Notes under the pieces: model-generated
The model's input: only the letters and a program-made list of their open reading frames with translations
The model's database searches: none
Told to the model about the DNA's origin: nothing
Program-made: the position numbers and the translations under genes
DNA from: Candidatus Sabulitectum sp.
GTDB lineage: Bacteria > Fermentibacterota > Fermentibacteria > Fermentibacterales > JCC-6
Assembly: GCA_023145375.1 (NCBI GenBank)
Contig: JAGLDY010000015.1
Span: 10,007-74,006, forward strand
Direction of reading: 5' to 3'
DNA: 64,000 nt
Shown here: piece after piece, positions 54,892 to 64,000 of the stretch
Position numbering within the stretch: the stretch's first letter is position 1
How the letters are laid out: every line of letters starts with the position of its first letter

Positions 54892-57669
54892 ATGAAAAGG
54901 CCAATACTTCTCTGGGTAAAAAGTGCATACAGCTTTTCATGGGGCACGAATCTACCTGAGTCTCTTGTTGAAGAGGCGGTGCGGTGCGGCTTTGGCGGTG
55001 TGATGCTGGCGGACTCCGGGGGAGTGTACGGACAGCATCGTTTTGCTGTGGCTGCTGCAAAAGCTGGTGTCAAAGGGTTAGCCGGTGCAGAGATACAGAC
55101 AGCGGGTGGTGCTCTTGTGGTTGGAGCTCAGGCTGCAGGCTGGGGGCAGTTGTGCAGATTGATAACCTCTGTTCACGTTCCGGAGCGTGTGAATCACCTT
55201 TCAGCATTCTCAGATTCCAGCGATCTTTTCTGTTTTGTGAAAGATGCTTTGCAGGGTGCGTTGGTAATTGAAAAGGGATGGAAGGGTTTAGTTTATTTTC
55301 CAGTGCTTCCGGGAGAACCGGATCCGGATTGTCCTTCGGGAGTTCTTCCCATTGCCTGTTTCCCGTCAATGTATGCCGGTGAGAATTCTCCTCTGATCCA
55401 TTCCATCTTCAGAAGAGCAGATGAACTGCTTCCTCTGCCGCATGTGCAGCAACTTCCGCTGTTTTCATGCAGACAGCATCTTCCCCTTTACTCTTCTGAG
55501 TTGTGGATGGCTGCGCCCTTTGCGCTGGAGAACAACCTGAGACTGGGCGAGCTTGTCTGTACCCTTCCTGCACAGAGCCCCTACCGGCCACCTGTGATAA
55601 CTGAAGATGACAGTGGTCGTCTGAAGGAAATTCTTTTTCCCAGGCTTCGTGAGGCCTACGGCAGCAGTGAGGCAGCCGAGAAGAGGCTGATCGATGAGCT
55701 TAGAGAGTTGAGCGGCGCCGGGCTGTGCGGTTACTTCCTTGTCTTTCACCGGATAATCACTTACTGCAGAGACCACAGGATACTGGCAATTGCAAGGGGC
55801 TCTGCCGCAGGCAGTCTTGTCTCAAGGCTTCTCGGTCTGTCGGCGATATGCCCTATCAGATACGGGCTTTCATTCTCCCGGTTCTTCAATCGCCTTCGAG
55901 ATGATCCGCCGGACATCGACCTGGACATAGATGGAAGCAGGCGGGATAAGGTTTACAAGTGGTTTCTGGAGGAGTGGGGAGAGAGGACAGCAGCAGTCTC
56001 CGCAACAGTCACTTACAGGACAAGATCTGCTGTTCGGGCGGCGGCAGCGGCTTGTGGTGTATCCCGGGACGAAACTGATGTGCTTGCAAAACTTTCCAGA
56101 AACCCGTGGAATCCTATCTGGAAGCAGCAACTGCCTGCTGAAGTAATGAGACAGGCTGAGTTGTTGAAAGGGCTGCCCTCCCATTTGATGCCTCATCCCT
56201 GCGGTGTTGTGGTGGGGGAGGGGCTTGTTGCTTCCACAGTTCCCGTGGAGATGTGCAGCGGAGGATTGCCTGTTACCCAGCTGGACATGCACGGTGTTGA
56301 GTACACCGGTCTTATCAAGATGGATCTTCTGGGGCAGAGGGGTCTTACCTCCCTTTCCCTTGCAGCTGGAGAGACCGACCCGGTCAAGCTTGCGAACCAC
56401 AACGGCTTTCTGGGCAGCAGAACACTTGAACTTATCAATACAGGCAATACAATAGGTGTACCGCATATTGAAAGCCCGGCCATGCGCGGGCTTCTGAAAA
56501 GAATGGAAATTCGTTCTGTGGAGGATGTGGCAAGGGCGCTGGCACTTGTGAGGCCCGGTGCTGCCTCCGGAGGAGGGCGGGACAAGTACATGGCAGGAGG
56601 AGAGAGGAACATTCCTGCTCCCCTTCGGAATATTCTTCTGGAAAACCGCGGAGTGATGCTGTATCAGGAGAATGTTACAGAGGCTGCATGCGAACTACTG
56701 GGGCTTTCGACCGCAGAGGGGGATCACATGCGCAGAAGGCTGAAGAGGAAAGCTGTTGAGAAAGATGAAATAGTTTCCCGGTGTATTGGTAACGGATTTT
56801 CCCGAAGGATGGCGGAGCGTGGGTGGGAACTGCTCTCAGGTTATGCCGGTTACGGGTTCTGCAAGGCTCACTCCATGACTTATGCAGCGGTGGCTTCCGC
56901 CTATGCCACTATAAAAGCAGAGAATCCTGCTGTTGCCATGGCATCCTTTCTGGCAGCAGGCGGAGGGTTTTACAGGCATCCTGTCTACATTGAAGAGGCC
57001 AGAAGACTGGGGCTTCAGATACTTCCGCCGGATGTGAACAGTTGCCAGTGGTTCTGTACTTCGCCGGGGGAAAAAATGTTGATGATGGGAATTGGTTATC
57101 TGGCTGGAATGGGTGAAACTGAATTTGAGAAGATCAGGAAGGGGAGACCGTATACCCATCCCGTACAGGTCAGAACTGCCGGGGTGGGCATGAGACTTGC
57201 AGAGAACATGGCCATGGCCGGTTGTTTTGACTCAATGAAGATGAACCGCCCACAGGCTTCATGGTGTATTCGTGAAGGAGTGAGTTCGCTGTTCCCCTTC
57301 GGTATGCCTCCTCCTCTTCTGCCGTCCTATACACCTTCAGCCAGGGCTTCAAAAGAACTGGAACTTCTTGAAGTAACATCAGAGGCACACCCTCTGACCT
57401 TCAAAAGCAGACCGGAGGGAACAGTTTGCATAGCAGATATGCCACAGAGGGGAATTTCTCTTGTGTGGGGAAGGGTTCTCACCGGCAGGTCACTGAAACA
57501 GGGAGCAGGTTTTTTTATGCTTGAGGATGAAACAGGTATTGTGGATGTCTTCGTTCCGTCTCCCTGGTACAGAAAGGCCTCAGTTATTCTCAGGCGACCT
57601 GGAGCAACCCTGCTGCTCCGCTGCGAGAGCACAGCGGAGCGAACAGTTGTTCGAAAGGTTATTGAATGA
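54892..57669 (+). CDS. DNA polymerase III alpha-like protein (DnaE2/ImuC-like) with a degenerate PHP domain (925 aa)
   Basis: Pol III alpha motifs are present (GLIKMDLLGQRGLT, GYGFCKAHSMTYAAVASAYATIKAENP). The C-terminal region (ISLVWGRVLTGR...FFMLEDETGIVDV) is OB-fold-like. The N-terminal PHP lacks the HxH (LWVKSAYSF). Confidence 0.7.
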   Translation: MKRPILLWVKSAYSFSWGTNLPESLVEEAVRCGFGGVMLADSGGVYGQHRFAVAAAKAGVKGLAGAEIQTAGGALVVGAQAAGWGQLCRLITSVHVPERVNHLSAFSDSSDLFCFVKDALQGALVIEKGWKGLVYFPVLPGEPDPDCPSGVLPIACFPSMYAGENSPLIHSIFRRADELLPLPHVQQLPLFSCRQHLPLYSSELWMAAPFALENNLRLGELVCTLPAQSPYRPPVITEDDSGRLKEILFPRLREAYGSSEAAEKRLIDELRELSGAGLCGYFLVFHRIITYCRDHRILAIARGSAAGSLVSRLLGLSAICPIRYGLSFSRFFNRLRDDPPDIDLDIDGSRRDKVYKWFLEEWGERTAAVSATVTYRTRSAVRAAAAACGVSRDETDVLAKLSRNPWNPIWKQQLPAEVMRQAELLKGLPSHLMPHPCGVVVGEGLVASTVPVEMCSGGLPVTQLDMHGVEYTGLIKMDLLGQRGLTSLSLAAGETDPVKLANHNGFLGSRTLELINTGNTIGVPHIESPAMRGLLKRMEIRSVEDVARALALVRPGAASGGGRDKYMAGGERNIPAPLRNILLENRGVMLYQENVTEAACELLGLSTAEGDHMRRRLKRKAVEKDEIVSRCIGNGFSRRMAERGWELLSGYAGYGFCKAHSMTYAAVASAYATIKAENPAVAMASFLAAGGGFYRHPVYIEEARRLGLQILPPDVNSCQWFCTSPGEKMLMMGIGYLAGMGETEFEKIRKGRPYTHPVQVRTAGVGMRLAENMAMAGCFDSMKMNRPQASWCIREGVSSLFPFGMPPPLLPSYTPSARASKELELLEVTSEAHPLTFKSRPEGTVCIADMPQRGISLVWGRVLTGRSLKQGAGFFMLEDETGIVDVFVPSPWYRKASVILRRPGATLLLRCESTAERTVVRKVIE

Positions 57670-57672
57670 TTA

Positions 57673-58488
57673 CTAAGCTTGAGCTGTCTTGTAGAGGTGA
57701 ATGTCTGTTTGTGGGAATGGGATTGGAATACTTTCAGCATCAAGTCTCAGTTTGATGCTTTCGTTCAGAGAAAAGAACACATCCCAGTAATCCGCAGTAT
57801 TTACCCAGGGACGAACCACAAGATTAACAGAGCTGTCTGCCATTTCCACCACTCCCACAAACGGAGCCGGGTCCTTGAGTACTCTGGTCTCCTTTGTAAT
57901 TTCGTCCATAAGGACTTTTCTTACAACTCTCAGGTCACTGTCGTAGGAAACCCCCACGGTAAGGTCTATTCTGCGGATCTCTTCCGCAGTGTAGTTGATT
58001 ATCGATCCGCCAATAAGCTTTGAGTTTGGAATAATTACTTTCTTGTTGTCAACTGTTTTAAGTGTTGTTGCAAGAAGGCTGATAAGTTCCACAACGCCAG
58101 AATCCCCACCGGTCTCAATGTAATCTCCAATTTTGAAGGGTCTTGTAACCATGAGGATAACCCCGGCGGAGAGATTGGAAAGCGATCCCTGAAGGGCCAG
58201 GCCAATGGCAAGAGCTGATGCTCCCAGTATTGCAACTATGGATGAGGTCTGAACCCCCAGTTGCCCCAGCGCAGCCACAACAATGAAAGCCATAAGGGAT
58301 ACGTACGCAATGGAACACGAGAAGTTTACAATAGTGGAATCTGCATTCTTCTTCAACAGTGCTTTCCTTACCGCCTTGCGTATTGTCACTGCAACCAGGC
58401 GGCCTATGACAACGATTGCCAGTGCGATCAGTATTTTAAGCCCGTATGTAGAAAGCATACCCGGCAGCGAATCCAGAAATTCCTGCAT
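57673..58488 (-). CDS. mscS: Small-conductance mechanosensitive channel
   Basis: The TM3 pore helix GVQTSSIVAILGASALAIGLALQGSLSNLSAGVILMVTRPFKIGDYIE matches MscS. Confidence 0.85.
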   Translation of the reverse strand: MQEFLDSLPGMLSTYGLKILIALAIVVIGRLVAVTIRKAVRKALLKKNADSTIVNFSCSIAYVSLMAFIVVAALGQLGVQTSSIVAILGASALAIGLALQGSLSNLSAGVILMVTRPFKIGDYIETGGDSGVVELISLLATTLKTVDNKKVIIPNSKLIGGSIINYTAEEIRRIDLTVGVSYDSDLRVVRKVLMDEITKETRVLKDPAPFVGVVEMADSSVNLVVRPWVNTADYWDVFFSLNESIKLRLDAESIPIPFPQTDIHLYKTAQA

Positions 58489-58631
58489 TTGATTCTCCTT
58501 TTATGGGTTTGAAAAACTTCTTGATTATAACAATCCAGGGGTTTCATGGAGAGTCTTGAAAAAAATGGAGATTATGGTATTCTATGTGACACAGTGCGTA
58601 CTAATGAAACACCACTCTGGAAGGTGAAAAA

Positions 58632-61013
58632 ATGGAAGTCAAGCCTCTTAAACCCACAGAACTCAGATGGACATGCCCCCGGGATATTTTTGATTTTGAC
58701 AAGAGCAGTGATATCACTCCTTCCAGGGATATTGTAGGTCAGGACCGTGCTGTAAGGGCGGTTAAGCTGGGTCTGGAGATACCCAACAGCGGTTACAACA
58801 TGTTTGTGACAGGAGTTTCCGGAAGCGGAAGAGAAACAACAGTTAAGCGGATCCTTGACCAGATAGATACCAATACAGACAAACTTACAGATCTATGCTA
58901 TGTCTACAATTTTGACGATTCCACCAGACCCCGTGCCCTTGTTTTCCCTGCCGGGGAAGGAAAACAGTTCAAGGAGGGAATCGAGCTGTGTGTTGAGCTT
59001 TTAAAGAAGAATATCCCTGTGGTTCTTAGAAGCGAGAGTACCGCTGCTGAGAAAGGGAGTCTGCTTGAAAACTTCTCGGAACAGAAGAAAGAGCAGATGG
59101 AGACAGTGGAAAAGGCTGCAGTGGAGGCTGGCTTCGCTGTTGTAAGCATTCCAACCGCTCAGGGTCAGAGCAGACCTGACGTTCTTCCTGTTCTTGACGG
59201 TAAACCCCATACATATGAAGACCTTCAACAGCTTGCAGCCGAGGAGAAGATCACAACAGAGCAGCTTAAGGAATACAGGAGTCTGCATACGGAATTATTC
59301 AAGCTACTTACCGCCGCCATAAGGCATTCACAGTCCATTGAAATAAAGGCTCAAGTTGAGATAGAGAAGTTATACAGAAGAATACTGAAACCAACGGTAA
59401 CAGGCATTCTTGACAGGCTTTCCGGGCTCGGGGGCAAGGAATCTGCAGAGTATGTAGAGCGTATTGCAGAGACCATTCTTACCAATATTGAAGTATTCTC
59501 AGCAAATTCGGAAGAGGCTGATCCCTATGTAATATTTGAGGTGAACCTGATAGTTGATAACTCTTCCTGCAAGAAGCGTCCGGTTGTGGTGGAACAGTTC
59601 CCGGACGTTGTGCGTCTTTTCGGAAACATTGACAGGATAGTTATAGACAGCAAACCCTACAGCGATCATACAATGATTCGCGCCGGCTCTTTCCTCCGGG
59701 CCAACGGTGGCTACCTTATCATTAATGCTATGGATGTGGTTCGCCAGACGGGACTGTGGCAGACTCTGATCCAGACTGTCCGTAACAGAACCGTGATCAC
59801 AAGACCTAACGAGGTAACCAGGGCATTCATGCCCATCGAGCTCCAGCCTGAGCCCATAGATGTTGATGTCAAGGTTATTCTTATCGGTCCGGGCTGGCTT
59901 TATTCCACGCTCGCTACCCAGGACCCTGATTTCGGTTATCTGTTCAGGATCAGAGCTGATTTTGATGATAGGATGGATCTGAACAGGGAGAACATCCGTG
60001 ATTTTGCCGGAGTAATAGCCTATATCTGCCAGTCGGAATCTGTTCATCCGCTGAACAGTGAAGCCATGGCTGCCATTGCAGAGCAGGCGGTCAGGCTCAC
60101 AGGAAGACAAGATAAGATCTCTTTGAGATTCAACATGGTTGCTGACTTTGTAAGGCAGGCATCCTACTGGGCCGGTCAGGTGGGCAGAGATACTGTGACT
60201 GCTGAGGACGTAGCAAAGGCTATCAGTGAGAAGCATCACAGGCTGAGTCTAGGTGAAGATTATGCAACTGAGAGGATACTTGAGAATCAGGTCATGGTTG
60301 ATACTGAGGGGTCTGCAGTGGGCCAGCTTAATGGCCTGGCAGTTTATTCAGGAGCTGATCATTCCTTCGGTCTGCCCAGCAGGATAACCGCCACGGTGAG
60401 CCCGGGCGTTGAGGGTATTGTAAACGTGGAGCGCGAAGCGGAAATGTCCGGAAAGATACACACGAAAGGTGTATTTGTTATTACAGGGTTCCTCCGGGAA
60501 CACTTCGCACAGGATTACCCGCTGAGTCTTTCTGCAGGAATTGTGTTTGAACAGAGTTACGGTGGAGTTGATGGAGACAGCGCAAGCTCAACTGAATTGT
60601 ATGCTCTTCTCAGCGCCTTGTCAGGCGTTCCTCTCCGTCAGGACCTGGCTGTTACAGGCTCCGTGAACCAGCACGGCATGATCCAACCCATCGGTGGCGT
60701 CAATTACAAGATAGAGGGCTATTTCAAAGTCTGCCAAAAGAGGGGACTCACAGGAACGCAAGGTGTCCTAATTCCTCATTCCAATGTTATACATCTTCAG
60801 CTTCATGGTGATGTGATCGAGGCTGTGAAGAAAAAGAAGTTCCATATTTATCCGGTCTCTACGATAAATCAGGGCATTACCCTCCTTACCGGTATTGAAG
60901 CCGGTGAAAAGGGTCTTCACGGAGCTTACCCGGAAGACACTATCCTTGGTATGGCAGAGAGAAGATTGAGAGAAATGGCAGAGACTATACGGGATTTCGG
61001 AGGAAGAAACTGA
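58632..61013 (+). CDS. Lon-related protease (AAA_32-like N-terminal region plus a Lon S16 C-terminal proteolytic domain) with a degenerate Walker A
   Basis: The C-terminal region has DGDSASSTELYALLSALSGVPL (a Ser-containing Lon-like motif) and VNYKIEG (a candidate catalytic Lys). The N-terminal P-loop reads VTGVSGSGRETT, which has no Lys. Confidence 0.65.
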   Translation: MEVKPLKPTELRWTCPRDIFDFDKSSDITPSRDIVGQDRAVRAVKLGLEIPNSGYNMFVTGVSGSGRETTVKRILDQIDTNTDKLTDLCYVYNFDDSTRPRALVFPAGEGKQFKEGIELCVELLKKNIPVVLRSESTAAEKGSLLENFSEQKKEQMETVEKAAVEAGFAVVSIPTAQGQSRPDVLPVLDGKPHTYEDLQQLAAEEKITTEQLKEYRSLHTELFKLLTAAIRHSQSIEIKAQVEIEKLYRRILKPTVTGILDRLSGLGGKESAEYVERIAETILTNIEVFSANSEEADPYVIFEVNLIVDNSSCKKRPVVVEQFPDVVRLFGNIDRIVIDSKPYSDHTMIRAGSFLRANGGYLIINAMDVVRQTGLWQTLIQTVRNRTVITRPNEVTRAFMPIELQPEPIDVDVKVILIGPGWLYSTLATQDPDFGYLFRIRADFDDRMDLNRENIRDFAGVIAYICQSESVHPLNSEAMAAIAEQAVRLTGRQDKISLRFNMVADFVRQASYWAGQVGRDTVTAEDVAKAISEKHHRLSLGEDYATERILENQVMVDTEGSAVGQLNGLAVYSGADHSFGLPSRITATVSPGVEGIVNVEREAEMSGKIHTKGVFVITGFLREHFAQDYPLSLSAGIVFEQSYGGVDGDSASSTELYALLSALSGVPLRQDLAVTGSVNQHGMIQPIGGVNYKIEGYFKVCQKRGLTGTQGVLIPHSNVIHLQLHGDVIEAVKKKKFHIYPVSTINQGITLLTGIEAGEKGLHGAYPEDTILGMAERRLREMAETIRDFGGRN

Positions 61014-61075
61014 AGAAAGTAATTTCTTTCAGCTGGGGAGAGCTGGAGGCCGGTGGCTCAAACATCGGGGATACT

Positions 61076-62173
61076 ATGATCTTTAAAGCCCAGTTCAATA
61101 CTCTGAGCAGTATGGGAGTCCAGACAGGAGTTCTTACTGCAGATCCAGAGCGAACAAAGCTGAGATATCCCGGGGTACAGTGTTTCGATGTCTCCAGTGG
61201 AAGGCTTAAAGCTGTCATAGCCGGTATAAAATGGAGTGATATTGTGGTTGTGGGCGGAGGTGAGCTTGTACAGGACATCTCATCCCTCTTCTACAGTCCT
61301 TACAACCTGTTTCCTCTCTTAACCGCTGCTCTTTTGAGAAAGAAAACCTTTGCATGGGCAATCGGTGTCGGTCAGGGCAGGGAACTTGCACCGTGGACAC
61401 CCTTTGCAGTAAGGCTTGCACTTAAGGGCTGTAGCGGAATAACCGTTCGAGACAGAGGTTCCTTTAGCCTTCTGCACAAACTCGGGTTCAGGGAACCTGA
61501 GATGATATTGGCATCAGACTGTGCACTGACTCTCTTTGAAGAAAAGCTCGAGCATGCTCAATCAAACATTCTGGGGGCTGCACCAAGGGATGTTTCCAAC
61601 AGATCAAGAAAGATCCTCCCCCTTGAAATTCGTAAGAAGATGAGAAACTACCAGGAGCCGGATCTTCTTCCTGCGGCTGATGCATGGGCTGTTCTTCTTG
61701 ACACGCATGTTGACAAACACGATTCTCAAATCATCCTTTTTCCTTTTCACACAGGCTCTCTCTCCAATAACGACAACAGCTTTTGTGAACTTGTTTTGAG
61801 TCGTATGAAGCATGCATCCCGTGTAACACTTGCAGATTCGTCTTTATCTGAAGGGTTTGTTGACCTGATCTCGCGGTGCAGGGTGCTTGTTACAACCCCT
61901 CTTCACGGAGCGATACTGGCTGTTGCTTCAGGGGTAATTCCTGTGTCAATATCTTATGCCAGCAAATGCACCAGATTTATGGAACAGGCAGAGCTTACCG
62001 AGTTAACTCCTCAGGGAAATACTGGTTTTCCTGGAAAAGAAGCCTCTGTAGTTTTGGATAAAGCATGGATGAATTCAGAAAGCATTCTTCAGAGAATGAT
62101 CCCTCTGCGAAAAAAGCTGATCCAGCGAGCTGGAAGAACCGCGGAGCACTTCAAAAGGACCTTCAATTTATGA
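61076..62173 (+). CDS. Polysaccharide pyruvyl transferase family protein (CsaB/WcaK-like)
   Basis: It has the PS_pyruv_trans-like motifs VVVGGGELVQD and TTPLHGAILAV. The in-frame upstream stretch ...ISFSWGELEAGGSNIGDT looks like the true Rossmann-type N-terminus but contains no canonical start codon. Confidence 0.6.
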   Translation: MIFKAQFNTLSSMGVQTGVLTADPERTKLRYPGVQCFDVSSGRLKAVIAGIKWSDIVVVGGGELVQDISSLFYSPYNLFPLLTAALLRKKTFAWAIGVGQGRELAPWTPFAVRLALKGCSGITVRDRGSFSLLHKLGFREPEMILASDCALTLFEEKLEHAQSNILGAAPRDVSNRSRKILPLEIRKKMRNYQEPDLLPAADAWAVLLDTHVDKHDSQIILFPFHTGSLSNNDNSFCELVLSRMKHASRVTLADSSLSEGFVDLISRCRVLVTTPLHGAILAVASGVIPVSISYASKCTRFMEQAELTELTPQGNTGFPGKEASVVLDKAWMNSESILQRMIPLRKKLIQRAGRTAEHFKRTFNL

Positions 62174-62985
62174 TCCCTGGAATTCATGTCTCCACAGCAG
62201 GCGGTATCTATAAGGCTCCTTTGAAACTGCGGGAACTTGATTTGACTACAGGGCAGATGTTTACCGCAAATCAGAGAAGATGGAAGAATAGCGAACTCCC
62301 CCTGGAGAGCATTGACAAATTCTGTGAAGCTTCTGAAGGTCTCACTATTATTGCTCATGCATCTTATCTGATCAATCTGGCGTCAGCAAATCCGGAGGTT
62401 ATTGAGAAATCTCATATTGCCCTTGTTGAAGAACTGAAAAGGTGCAAAGCCCTTGGTATTCACTATCTGGTTCTGCACCCCGGAGCTCATCAGAAGGCGG
62501 GTCTTGATAAGGGAATTTACATGATCTCTTCTGCTCTAACAGAGTTGCTCCCCTTAGTGGACTCGGGATCCATGCTTCTTCTGGAGAATACTGCAGGTGC
62601 TGGAACTACCATAGGCTGTCGTCTGGAAGAGCTTTCTGCAATTCGTGACAGTGCCGGGGTTCCGGAACTGATAGGCTACTGCATTGATACAGCCCATGCT
62701 CACGGAGCGGGATACAGGATCACAGACCCGGAAACAGTTACCAGTTTTGTTGAACAACTTGACATGGTGCTTGGATGCAGCAACATAAAGGCGTTTCACC
62801 TCAACGACTCAAAAGTTGAATGTGACAGTCGCAGAGACAGGCATGAACATTTTGGAGCAGGAACGATTGGTGTTGAGGGTCTTCGTTTTCTTTTCCAGTC
62901 ACCTCTGCTTTCCCGGATTCCGGGAATAGCTGAGACGCCTGGTACAGATGATGAAAGAGCCACAGACATAAGAAAACTGACATAA
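62170..62985 (+). CDS. nfo: Endonuclease IV (AP endonuclease family 2)
   Basis: The start is taken at MIPGIHVSTAGG. Metal-ligand motifs are present: HASYLINLAS, HPG, LENTAG, DTAHAHGAGY and HLNDSK. It is coupled by an ATGA overlap to the upstream gene. Confidence 0.8.
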   Translation: MIPGIHVSTAGGIYKAPLKLRELDLTTGQMFTANQRRWKNSELPLESIDKFCEASEGLTIIAHASYLINLASANPEVIEKSHIALVEELKRCKALGIHYLVLHPGAHQKAGLDKGIYMISSALTELLPLVDSGSMLLLENTAGAGTTIGCRLEELSAIRDSAGVPELIGYCIDTAHAHGAGYRITDPETVTSFVEQLDMVLGCSNIKAFHLNDSKVECDSRRDRHEHFGAGTIGVEGLRFLFQSPLLSRIPGIAETPGTDDERATDIRKLT

Positions 62986-63001
62986 CAAGAAAGGAAAACT
63001 G

Positions 63002-64000
63002 ATGAAGAAAGTTGTAATTCCCGGTATTCTGTTCCTTCTGCTCGCTTGCGGAGGGCCGGCAGAAGAGGTTACCGACACAGCAGGAACGGCTGATGTCTAT
63101 GCTCCAGCAGATATAGCCACAGACCCTGTGGCTATTCTAACAGCTGCAACAGAAGCTGTACTTGCAGTTGACGCTGTTTCTTACAGTATCAGCCTTGACG
63201 GGTTTTTTGTGGAAGGGGATACCATAGAAGTTTCCCTGGTCGGTGAAGCTGTACTTCAAAAAGGAGCCACTATTGATGAAGCTCTTGTCTTTGCTGATTA
63301 CACCCTGACCATTGGTGAGGAAACCGTTGCGGGAACAGCAGCGTCTGATGGAGTGAACAGTTACTTCGTAGACTATACCTCCGAGGAGTACTTCTCTGGA
63401 GCCATAAGTGAAGGAGCTTCCCGTCTGGTTCAGAATGTTCCTCAGGGAGTTATCATGGTGGAGTACCTCATAAGCGACCAACCTTACGGTGCAGAGCTGA
63501 ATGCAGCGGGATATGAAGTGCTTGAACAGGAGGTCATTGAAGATCACCTCTGCCATGTTGTAGAGGTTCAGATGCCTCCATACTCTTCAACCTGGTGGAT
63601 AGATGCGGAAACTTACCTTCCAAGGGCAAACATGATCTCTGTATGGGGTCCTGACGGGTCTGGCATGGAGTACACTGTAACACTCATGGACCTTGATGCT
63701 GAAGTTCATCCTGACCTTTCCACCTTCCAGCTGGAATCCCCTGAAGGGTATTCCACTCAGGAATACATCGGAGCAGTTTCCGTTGGGTCAACAGCTCCGC
63801 TGTGGACACTTGATACTCCCGATGGAGGCAGTATTTCACTTGAGGATCTCCGCGGTAAAGTGGTTATCCTCGACTTCTGGGCAACATGGTGCGGTCCCTG
63901 TCGTCAGGTTATGCCATCACTTCAGGCGCTTCACGAATCTCATGGTGAAGAACTTGTGATTATCGGTGTGAATACCTGGGAACAGGAAGACCCTGTAGCA
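63002..64000 (+). CDS. Lipoprotein with a C-terminal TlpA/ResA-like thioredoxin domain. The 3' end runs off the window.
   Basis: The signal peptide and lipobox are MKKVVIPGILFLLLACG. FWATWCGPCR is a thioredoxin CxxC motif. There is no stop before 64000. Confidence 0.7.
   Translation, partial: MKKVVIPGILFLLLACGGPAEEVTDTAGTADVYAPADIATDPVAILTAATEAVLAVDAVSYSISLDGFFVEGDTIEVSLVGEAVLQKGATIDEALVFADYTLTIGEETVAGTAASDGVNSYFVDYTSEEYFSGAISEGASRLVQNVPQGVIMVEYLISDQPYGAELNAAGYEVLEQEVIEDHLCHVVEVQMPPYSSTWWIDAETYLPRANMISVWGPDGSGMEYTVTLMDLDAEVHPDLSTFQLESPEGYSTQEYIGAVSVGSTAPLWTLDTPDGGSISLEDLRGKVVILDFWATWCGPCRQVMPSLQALHESHGEELVIIGVNTWEQEDPVA

Noticed and set aside
63137-63556. Minus-strand 139-aa ORF
   Set aside because: It lies entirely antisense within the plus-strand TlpA-like lipoprotein gene, which has a signal peptide, lipobox and CxxC thioredoxin motif.

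Overview
The window is a gene-dense, mostly accessory 64 kb stretch of a bacterial chromosome at roughly 47% GC. Several secreted proteins carry T9SS (Por-type) C-terminal sorting domains, so the host is probably an FCB-group bacterium. Read from the sequence and the ORF track, the window contains the following. (1) At the left edge there is a minus-strand operon encoding a PLD(HKD)-nuclease/SF2-helicase/DUF3427 protein, a NUDIX hydrolase and a small protein that may be PUA/EVE-like. (2) There are three tandem minus-strand paralogs with an N-terminal GGDEF diguanylate-cyclase domain (with an RxxD I-site), a STAND/AAA_16 P-loop NTPase domain and C-terminal TPR repeats. One of the three is frameshifted, and all three sit behind a conserved TTGCRY-N17-TATCTT promoter-like element. 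Between them lie pyruvate kinase, an AbiEi/AbiEii module, a small membrane protein and a beta-barrel protein. (3) A fourth protein has the same architecture but carries a class III adenylyl/guanylyl cyclase domain in place of GGDEF. It is convergent with a GAF-HD-GYP phosphodiesterase. (4) A four-gene plus-strand operon encodes a zinc-ribbon membrane protein, then a DUF2207 membrane protein whose C-terminus is a (Cys-Ala)n tail (GGGCACACACAGCACACAGGGR), then an rSAM-SPASM enzyme whose N-terminal domain looks like a PqqD-like RiPP recognition element, then a SAM methyltransferase. The rSAM gene is translationally coupled to the DUF2207 gene. This operon is my top candidate for an undescribed post-translational modification system acting on a membrane-protein tail. 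(5) Other genes: VanW, an NTP_transf_5-like nucleotidyltransferase plus an HExxH protein divergent from an ABC exporter, a YD-repeat protein, M20D and methyltransferase genes, GT4, GNAT, a formyltransferase-like gene, HicAB, a C25-like T9SS protease, a DUF4143 AAA ATPase, an FG-GAP/T9SS protein with an in-frame TGA, and a GC-rich block holding an S9 peptidase and a DnaE2/ImuC-like polymerase. The window ends with MscS, a Lon-related protease with a degenerate Walker A, a pyruvyl transferase coupled to endonuclease IV, and a partial TlpA-like thioredoxin lipoprotein. I recognised no rRNA, tRNA or CRISPR array.
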